Positions 1 through 9,311 of a stretch of DNA of 54,609 nt are shown here, piece after piece. Source of the DNA: Prorocentrum cordatum (Eukaryota); assembly GCA_963575745.1 (NCBI GenBank), contig CAUYUJ010000224.1, forward strand, positions 62,001 through 116,609. The letters are read 5' to 3'. Under the pieces are notes generated by a model. The model was given only the letters and a program-made list of their open reading frames with translations. It did not search any database and had not been told where the DNA came from. Within the stretch, counting starts at the first letter, position 1. Each line of letters starts with the position of its first letter. Made by a program: the position numbers and the translations under genes.

Positions 1-44
1 ATATATATATATATATGTACGCATACATATATACATGCATACAT

Positions 45-83
<39 letters not shown>

Positions 84-297
84 TACACATGCATATATAC
101 GTATACGTATACGTATACATACTAGTATATGTATAATACACAAATTTTATATATGTGTTTATATATATATATATGTATACGTATATACATATTGATGTAT
201 ACGCGAATGTACAAATATACACATATATACTGTGTAAACACATGTAAACACACATGCATATAGACATACATATACACATATGTCTATATACAGATAG
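1..297. repeat. AT-rich compound microsatellite (AT)n/(ACAG)n/(ATAC)n
   Basis: Directly visible: atatat..., (acag)n at ~49-82, degenerate atac/atat runs. Confidence 0.9.
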
Positions 298-641
298 CTC
301 GGCCGCACCAAGATTAATCTCGCTACAGCTGCATATATGCATGTTCCGCCTACACCGAATCTCCCCTCGGCATTGCAGTATTCGCATAACGCTGCGACGC
401 CGCAGCTGACGTCGCGGACGACGACGACACTGGTGCCGTTGCCTTTAGTGTCTCCGAGAAACAAGTCGCACCCCACCTAGGTGCAGATCTTACATCCTCG
501 GCGCGCTTGCATCGGCGCCATGAAATGGCCCGCAACAGCGGGCTCTCCCTGCGAACAGACGCCCGTGCCCTGCGATGGCGCCAGCGGTCTGGATCGTCGC
601 CCGCGCGCGGGCGATGCCGATGCGCCCCCGCCAAGGTGCGC

Positions 642-1542
642 TCATTTGTTCAGGTGCTCGAGCATCTCTCCCGCCATGGACGACGCATCGTCTGCCTGGT
701 GCCAACGGGCCCACTGAGCAGACCGAACTCGGTCGCGCAGCGACGCGCTGCCAACGGCCCCAGACCTGCACTTCAGGTAGTTGCGCAGAAGCTGCCAGAA
801 GCGATCTACCACCTGCGCGCCCCCATGCACTGCAGAGCCCCCCCGCCCCCGGGGCGACGCGCTCGCGCACTTTGGCGAACTTCGGGAGTGCCCGCGCGAA
901 CTTCCCGCTGGGCCCAACAAGCTCCCCGCTCTTGCCCGCCAGCTTCTTCATCTCCATGTGGGCCACGCGGTCACGACGCGCCCCAGCGACCTTGAGCTCG
1001 CAGGCGCGGGCGCCGCCCCCGTGAAGGATGACGCTGCGATTCTGGAGATGCTTCTGCGCAAACTGCCATGGTGGGACCTGGCCCAGCGCCCGAGCCACTG
1101 TCTGCTTGGGTTTCAGACGCGTCAGGATGAGCGCCCGCGGGGCCCCGCGCTGCCGAGAACCGCCCCACTGCCCCCAGGCCACTGCGGCGACGAGCCGCCA
1201 TCGTCGACTATGTTTTCCCCCCCGAGATCAGCCTCGTCTGCCTCGACGTCGCACCGCGCCATCTTGCCTGAGTCACTGCCGAACTTGATGGTCGCTCAAT
1301 CCCCCGCGCGCAGAGACAGCGGGCCACGTCGCTCGCGCGGCAATTGCCCCAATGAGCGCTGGAGACCTGAGGACTCCATCCTTGTAGAGGAAGCACTGCC
1401 AACCAGTCATGCCCTGCAGATTGCCGTCGCCGACCAACACGCCCACGATGTCATCGTCGCTCGCCGCGCATGAATCCTTCAAGGTCCTGATCGCGACTTG
1501 TTTTCTGGGATTCTCCCCGTCTCCATGCCATGCCTGACGCAC
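642..1542 (-). pseudogene. Decayed Merlin / IS1595(ISXO2)-like DDE transposase
   Basis: Minus-strand frames give, in order: TLKDSCAASDDDIVGVLVGDGNLQGMTGWQC; DVEADEADLG (~1225-1250, resembles the VE(I/A)DE first-Asp motif); WGQWGG..QRGAPRALIL.RL..KHLQNRSVILHGGGARAC (second-Asp region, mutated); GGAQVVDRFWQLLRNYLK..LRDRVRSAQW (resembles (H/G)TQxI(E/D)xxW). Frameshifted; no TIRs found. Confidence 0.6.
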
Positions 1543-3284
1543 GGGGCCCTCGCCGCCTCCCCCTTTGCGGGCCGCTTCACGCGCGCCTTCCTAGCGAGGC
1601 GGCCCATCCTTTTTTTTTTTGGGGGGGGGTGGGGGGCGCGCGGGCGCCCCACTGCGGGGCGCCGCCGCAGGCCAACACAGCGCCACCTGCCGCTCGCCGC
1701 GAGGACAGCCCCGCTGCGCCTCGATCGCGTCCATCGCCCCCGCGGCCGAGCCCGCCATGCAGGACGCCAGCGGGGCGCGCGGGCGAACGGGGCGCCGCCT
1801 GTCGACCCCCGCAGAAAACTTGCGGCGGGGGGAGGCGTCGGACGAAATGCATTTTGCCATTGTCTAATTTGATGGCAGCGTGAACAACATCTTGACAGGT
1901 TTGCTCTTTGCACAGGCTATCTGCAGCTGGTCAGAAGGACACAAAGAAGCACGAAAAACGACGACGACCCGAGTGGATGACCAGAATATACATGTTTGGA
2001 CACGTCAATTGCACGCCCGTGGGAGAAAAAAAGGGCAACAGGCAAGCTCTCTACGCAGGCGAGCCTAAACCCGCCGTGGCTCTAGTCACGCAGAGGAACG
2101 CTGTCCTCCGCATCAAGATCTTCTGTCTCGTCGGGGTCCACCCGCGGGTCTACGCACTCCAGCACGTCGCCTTCATTGGGAATTGCGGCGCTCCCGTCTG
2201 AATGGAAATCGCAGCGAGCATCAGAATCCATTTCGCTGTCCTCTTCTGGTTCCTGGCCCTCTGCATGCTGCTCTGCCATGACCTCGTCTTCGCCAAGCTG
2301 ATCGCTCACTGAATCGCGCCCAGACTCCCGCCAGAAACCCCCCTCGGTCGGCGCGACGAAATCATGAATTGAGGCGTCGTCGCACACGGCACCGTCTGCG
2401 CCTGGGGCCGACAGGAGGCAAGAACGGCCCCGGCACGTCCTCCATCGGCAACGGCGAGTAGTCACCCGTCGCCACCACGTCCAGGAAGCACCCAAAGCAC
2501 ACGCAGAGGCGCGGCAGAGCGAAACCTTCGAAGGAGCTCAAAACGCATGACGATGTTCATGCATTCGCTCATTGCTCCAACGATGCCTGTAGCAGAACTG
2601 CTAAGCGAGGGATCGCACCAAGTTTTTGCAACGCCACAATTTCTCCCAAATGAAAACTTGCTTTGACCATTCTGAGCGGGGCGGAGGTGTCGCGGGGTCG
2701 ACGCTGCACCCAGGCAGCACCGAACCCAGGCGCGCGACCACGCACTACGCAGGTCATCGCGGCAGAGGGCTCACAATGCAGGCACGCAAGTCGCACGCAC
2801 GGTCGCGCGTCGGCGCTTTCGCCTCTTGAACCGAACGCTGCCAGACGGCAGCGATGAACAGGAGGTGCGAAAAGAAGCGGCTCCTCGAAGCAAGATCGGA
2901 CCATTTCTCATCGCATAGTTTGCCGTTCTCCTGAATGTCGAACAACGCCCAGGCCGCGCGGGCGCCGTCCGCGGGGCGGAGCACCACGGCCATGAAACCG
3001 GCAATCTCCATCTGGCCTTCGCCAACTTCCCCGACCGCGGGCCCGCTGTCGCTCACGACGCAGGCGCAGTCGGCAACAGTCTCTCCAATCTCGTCAAAGA
3101 GGTGCGCGATGATTCGGGGTCGCAAAGCCAGGGGCCACAGCGACCGCGAACGCGCGGCGCCGACAAGGTTGCGAACTCCTGCGTCTGAGCCACTGCTACG
3201 GCAAGCTCCACTGGCACGCGCATTGACACACATGGGCGGCCAGAAGGTCCAACGCCAGCCCGGCGCTAAGTAAAATCCGAAGCC

Positions 3285-3930
3285 CGAACGGCAAGGCAGC
3301 TGCAGGGATGCAAGGTGGAATGTATGGCCCAGGCAAGGCAACACATGCAAGGACGCAGAAACGCACCGCTGGGGCGCTAGGAAAGATAAAGAACCCAAGC
3401 GGCGAAGCAGCTGCAAGGACGCAAGGTGGGATGCAATGCCCAGGCAAGGCAACACACACACATGGCCGCAGAAAAACACCGATGGGGCGCCAGGTAAGAT
3501 GCAAGACCCAAGCGGCGAAGTAACTGCAGCGATGCGAGGTGAAACGCAAGACCCAGGCAAGGCAAACAACTGCAGAGACGCAAATACACGTGAAAGTCCT
3601 TCATGGAACAAGACAGCAGGAGCGCAAGACAGTCGCATTGATGGATACTGTGGTGGCGACGACCTGAAGAAGGACGGCGATGCCTCTGCTTCTTTGCTCA
3701 CCGCAGAAGCGGCCAGCTGAGCTAGCTCGCATACACTGGAATGCAAACCCAGGGAAAGAAACGAACTGCAGGCACGCAGGGCGGCATGCAAGACCCTTGC
3801 AGGGAAGACGCCGCAGGAATGCAAGGGGCCCGCTTGGACGGCGGTTGCGACGGCGACGATCTGAAGAATGATGGCCCCGCCTTTGCTTCTTGCTCACGGC
3901 AGAAGCAGCCGTTTGAGCGAGCTCGCGCAC
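3285..3930. repeat. Degenerate tandem duplications (~112-bp unit x~3, then ~198-bp duplication)
   Basis: cccaggcaaggcaa recurs at ~3328, ~3439, ~3552; ggcgacga(c/t)ctgaagaa..tgctcac..cagaagc recurs at ~3655 and ~3852. Confidence 0.7.
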
Positions 3931-3985
3931 CGATATTTCAAAAGGGCGACGATGGCTCAAGCGCGGCGCCGCGCACCCCACAGGC

Positions 3986-4762
3986 TCACGCGCCCTCCGT
4001 CTTCTGAACCTCGAGATTCAAGTGTTTGACCCCCCTCTCCAAGCGGTCGTTCTCCTCGCGCATTTCCTTCTGGTTTTCCCGGAACTGCTCGATCTCCTCC
4101 CACAGTTTCTCCTCGTCCTCCTGGAGCCGCTCGTTCTGCTCTCGTAGAAGCCGGCTCTCCAGCCGAAGGTCTTCCTCGAACGCGCGAGCAGCCTCCAGCT
4201 GCTCCCCGAGGCCCTTGCAATCCTCTGTTGGCGCCTCGCTCTCCTCGCCCGAGTTATCGTCTGGAAGCGTTTCGTCCTCCTCCTCGTCGCCGCTGCCTTG
4301 CCTGTCGCTCTCGTCGTTCACGTCTGAGCTGTTGCCCGAGCTGGAGTCGTCTTCGTCGTCCTCCCGCGCTGCTGCTTGCGCGGACTGCGGAAGCGCCGGC
4401 GACGCCAGCGCAGCTGGCTGGCGGAGACGGCGGAGGCGGCGCAAGTAGCGGCGCAGGCGCAAGCAGCGCCAAGGGTCCTGCCTCACGGCGCTTTGGGCGC
4501 GCGAAGCTTTCGAGGAGGTGCTGCCAGCTCGCCCCCGACCAACCTCCGTCCAAGTCCGTCGGCAGAAGGCGGAATCTCTGCGCGCTGTTCATCGCTATCT
4601 GGACGTCTCTCTTACGCAACGGCACGCGGGAAGGGTGCACAATGACACCGTCGGCATCTATGCGAGCAAAGACTTGGTCGTACGTGGGCGGGTTCTCAAC
4701 AACGGGCGCCTATTGAGGATGATCTGGCGCGGCCAGTTGAAATTCGGGCCTGGCACGGCCAT
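3986..4762 (-). pseudogene. Frameshifted ORF of unknown protein with acidic linker and coiled coil; probable SL-headed retrocopy
   Basis: ATG at 4762 lies ~100 nt downstream of a relic SL. Peptide pieces: VVENPPTYDQVFARIDADGVIVHPSRVPLRKRDVQIAMNSAQRFRLL.. and LEAARAFEEDLRLESRLLREQNERLQEDEEKLWEEIEQFRENQKEMREENDRLE (heptad-like). Frameshifts are needed to join them. Confidence 0.45.
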
Positions 4763-4863
4763 GCGCGCGGAGCTGTGCCCACCCACCTTGGATGGGAATC
4801 ACGTGAAGGACTTGACAGCAAACTTGCAAAAGCAAAAGATAATTCAATACATGCAAACGGTAG

Positions 4864-4885
4864 CTTGAGCCAACGTGCTTACGTA
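4864..4885 (-). other. Relic dinoflagellate spliced leader (DinoSL)
   Basis: Reverse complement TACGTAAGCACGTTGGCTCAAG vs DinoSL DCCGTAGCCATTTTGGCTCAAG: 16 of positions 2-22 match, with the last 10 nt exact. Confidence 0.6.
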
Positions 4886-4929
4886 TACTTGGAATACAAT
4901 ACAGAACTTGGGCTCAGGATCGTTAGCCT

Positions 4930-5235
4930 TCTCCTCCTCGTCCTCCTCCAGTATCCCTTTTCCTCCTCCCCCCTCGTCTTTCCTCCTCCTCCTCCTCCCT
5001 CCTCCTCCTCCCTCCTCCTCCTCCTGTTCCCCCTCCTTCTCGTTCATCTTCTCGTTCATCCTCCTCCTTCCTCCCTCCTCCATCGTCAATCCTCCTTCAT
5101 GTCCCTCCTCCTCCTGTTCTTTCCCGTGTTCCTCCTCCTGCTCCTCCTACAACTCATTGTCCTCCTCCCTCTCCTCCCTCCTCCCCCTTTCCTCCTCGTT
5201 TCTCCCTCGTCTTTCCTCCCTCCTCCCTCCTCCCT
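4930..5235. repeat. Degenerate (CCT)n microsatellite
   Basis: Directly visible. Confidence 0.85.
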
Positions 5236-5494
5236 GGACGCTTTTCGCGGCATTCTGTTCCTCCCCAAACGCTGATTGCCACATGTTGTAGGACTCCGCG
5301 GCTCACGAAGCCATCCGCCAAGATCTGGTGTAAAACCTTTTGCAAAAAGAAAAAACGATGTCTGCCTCTAGTCCCGGCAATACCATCGTTCAACCTTGAA
5401 CGCCTGCGGTGGCATCGCCTTTTGGGCTTCGCGGTTGCCCCACCTCCATCCCCATCTTCCTCGACGATATCTTTCCCTATCTCTCGGTCCCGCT

Positions 5495-6072
5495 GCCTGT
5501 TCGAAGATTGAAGATCGAAGATCTGAGCACACTTCTTGTGTGCATCTTAAAACAGGGCCTGTATACCCTGGCTGAAGATTCCCAGTCGCTTGAAAACGCT
5601 TGAAAACTAGCCTTCGGCAGCCCTGTTTGAAGATTGAAGATTGAAGAACGTAGCGGGTTTATGGTAAGGGTTATTCAAACAGTGTGTTTCCGTTTGAAGA
5701 TTGAAGGGTGGAGAATGCAGAACACATGTGCCCGCGTTTCTTCAAGCAAGATGCGGCTCCGGTTTGAAGATTGAACATTGAAGAGCATAGCGACCTTATG
5801 TCAAATAATATTCCAACAACGTGCAAATTCAGTGCTTAAAAAAATTCCGACAGAAGTGTCTTGCAATCTTCAACCTTCAATATTCAAAACGGGCCGCCGA
5901 ACGCTCTTATCCTGCACACACCTGTTTGAAGAATCGCAGACACAAGTGCCCAGAAATCTTCTATCTGCAATATTCCAACAAAGTCTCCAAAGGCCCCCAC
6001 CCAACATACAGCCGCTAGAAGAATCGCAGACAGAAGTGCAAAGCAAGATTCAATCCTCAAATCTTCAAACCG
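5495..6072. repeat. Foldback-like block of ~65-bp degenerate units in opposing orientations
   Basis: tttgaagattgaa(g) motifs at ~5500, 5626, 5693, 5763; reverse-complement motifs caatcttcaaccttcaa (~5864) and ttcaatcctcaaatcttcaaa (~6049). Confidence 0.55.
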
Positions 6073-6309
6073 AACTGCCGAAGGCCAGTTGTAAAATGTT
6101 ATAAAACGACTGGGGGGGCCCTGCCGCGGGGGGACCCACGCAGGGCCCTGGACCCATCAAAAAGCGGCTCGGGATGAGAGGCGGGCCCTGGAGAAGGGGT
6201 CCAGAGCAGCGGGGGGGCCGTCTTGATAGAATGAAGGCATGGGAGGTCAGGGCACGGCCTCGCTGGCCAGGCCTGGAGGGCGCGCGCACCGATTCCACAG
6301 GGGCCCAGG

Positions 6310-6850
<541 letters not shown>

Positions 6851-7750
6851 GTGCTTTAGCTTCCTTTGGGACCCCAGAAGTCCCGACCCTTTCTCGACGG
6901 CGGGCTCCTCGTATTGGGCTGTTGTGTCAACGCCCTGGGACCCAGCGAGGCCCGTGTTGAAAAAAATATCCTGGCGAAGGACCCAACCATATGCAGTTGT
7001 GAGTACCGCAACTGTGAGTATCTTCTTCGGTGACGTTCGCGAACTGTATGAGGGGTATGCCGAAATGTGGCGGGGTACACAACGCAAAGGAATACGATAG
7101 GTCTGATTATGAAAATTTGAACGCGGGTGAGTCAGAGCGCGAGGGAGTCTGAGTGTGAATGGGTATGCGCGCGAGTGAATATATTTGCACGATGCGATCA
7201 TGGCTACGCCTGCTGTAAATGTATATGAATGTGAATGGCTCGAGCATGCCTGTCCGAACACTCGTGACACTGGCCGCGGCCGCCGCAGGCAGCCTCCGCG
7301 GGAGCCCCGACGGCAGCGCCCGCACGCCGCGACGCCCATGTCGGCACGCCCCTTGCAAGGATCGCGCCCGTTTTCGTCCCTTCATTTCCTCCCTCTTTGC
7401 CCGCGTACTCCAAAAATCCAAAGCTGGAGGCGCAGCGCAGCGCGGAGTCCCCGCGACGCGCGCCGGTCGCCCCAGGCGGGGTCCCAGCGACGCGCGCGGG
7501 TCGTCCGCTGCGCGGAGCAGAGAAAGCTGGCTAGCTAACTGGCTGGCTGATTGCGGGCAAGGCTCTGACCGCTGGGCAGAGCGACCACGGGCGAACGAGG
7601 CGCCGGGCAAAACGCAGCGCGGAGTTCCCGCGACGCGCGCCGGTCGCCCCGAGAGGGCCCCAGCGACGCGCGCGGGTCGTCCGCGGCGCGAGGACGAACA
7701 ATTAGTCGGGCAGTCGAGAGAAGGCGCGGCTCGGGCGGGCGCTCCTCAGG

Positions 7751-9311
7751 TCAGGCCTCGCGGATCAACTCGGTGAAGCCGAGCTCCCTGGCGAGGGCCG
7801 TCGCCCCCCTCCTGCACCGCTTCGCGCGCGCCGCAAACTGCTCCAGCTGCCTCCGCAAGCCCCCCAGCGGTCCTGCCAGAAAGAACTCGACGCGCGGCGC
7901 CCGCATGAGCAGGAGGTCCTCGTGGCGCGTGGCGCGCGAGAGCAGCGCATAGAGCTCCAGCCACCAATCGTCGCCCTCCTTCTTGCCGTTCCCGACCTCG
8001 CGGCGGCCGCAGTCCAGGATCACGCCTGGGCGACGTCGGCCGAGGGAGCAGTGCGCCGGGCAGCCGACGGCCCAGGGCGAGTCCACAGGACCGAGGTCTA
8101 GCCGCGGACTGCTCGCGCCCCGGAGGTCTGGCCGCCCCCGGAGCTCCGCCCCCCCGCCCCGTCGCCTTCTCGCATGGTGCGCCCCTGGCACGCCACCGTG
8201 GCGATGACCCTGCCGTGCGAGAACGGGAGGCCCGTCCGCGCGACCTTGGAGGTGCGGAAGGTGAACGGCTCCGACGTGCGGGGCTCGATGAACACCAGCG
8301 GGCCCGCGAGGTCCCCCGTGAGGCTGTCGTCGTGGCGCTTCAGGTCGTCCACGAAGGGCGCGCTCGCGTACTTCTCCATGCGCACCCAGAACCCCAGCGG
8401 CAAGCGCTTCAGGTAGATCCTCTTCCCCCCCTCTCTCTCGGCTCACTCGACGTCGTCTCGATTTCGAGGGCCCACGACGATGTGCACGATCTGCCCCTCG
8501 GCATCCCTGACGAGGCCGTTCTTGAGGTCGAGCGCTTCCAGGAGCCGGATCCGCATGCCAACGTGCACCGGGAGCAGCCCGTGCATGCCACCGGAATTCT
8601 TCGGGTTGGCACAGTTCATCATCTTGGCGGCGTCCTTGGCGCTCATCGTCGGCGCAGACCTGTCGGCGGCTTGCACGAGGAAGAGGGGCTTCTTCAGGAC
8701 GTCTGCGTCCCGCTGAGCACGCATGTTCATCCACCGCGCCACGGTGTCCCAGTAGAACCCGATCACGTGGCCGTTCTGGAACCTCTCCTCCCGGAGCCGG
8801 CGATCATCGGATTTCAGCTGCATGGCGTTCCACGTGGCCCGGATGGCCGGAGGGACCTGCTTCCCCAGTTTGCGCAGGAACGCCATGAGATCTCGGAGCT
8901 CGGTGTCCTTGAAGCGGTTGGACGCCTGGAGCTCGCAGCACAGCGGCGTGCTGCAGAAGATCCTCATCACTGCCTGGCACTCTGGGACGAGGTTGATGCC
9001 CGCCGCCGCCAGTTCCTCGAAGCTGGAGATGAGCGACACCTTGCCTCCCGTCGGCTTCAGCTGCAGGAAATCCCCCAGGTGGATCACGATGGGCATCCGG
9101 CCGAAGGCGCCGCCGACCTGGTCGTACTCCCCCTCCTCCGCGCCCCACTCGGCCTTGCGTCCCAGGTAGGACCGGAACGCCAGCATGTTGTACAGGTCGG
9201 GCGAGGTCATGCTCACCTCCTCCAGGATCAAGCACCTGACCGCCTCCCACGTGTCCTGCAGCGCTTTCAGCTTGCCCCCCGCGGGTATGTCCTTGTTCCT
9301 GAAGGACTGCA
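7751..9311 (-). pseudogene. PIF1-family (SF1B) DNA helicase, C-terminal part, N-terminally truncated
   Basis: Motif II LILEEVSM, III GDFLQLKP, IV QASNRF, LPVHVGMRIRL..LDLKNGLV, V IATVACQGRT, VI LYALLSRAT. One in-frame TGA at 8445-8443; one intron 8026-8165. Walker A and any Rep domain are absent, with the 90-bp array in their place. Confidence 0.85.
8026..8165 (-). other. 140-nt GC-AG intron with terminal inverted and direct repeats (introner-like)
   Basis: Minus strand GAAG|GCGACG...CGTCGCCCAG|GCGTG. Removal joins the two frames into CQGRTMREGVILDCG. AGGCG is repeated at both junctions; GGCGACG/CGTCGCC is an inverted repeat. Confidence 0.75.

Noticed and set aside
2082..3200. Protein-like minus-strand ORF pieces (acidic 2082-2495; 2754-3200)
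   Set aside because: No recognisable domain or splice structure, so not called as CDS; noted only as a possible continuation of the SL-headed segment.
3950..3962. tggctcaag as a third spliced-leader relic
   Set aside because: Only 9 nt match, upstream bases do not fit DinoSL, and there is no junction context.
8443..8445. In-frame TGA as stop-codon readthrough or recoding
   Set aside because: The gene is also N-terminally truncated, so a nonsense mutation in a dead copy is simpler.
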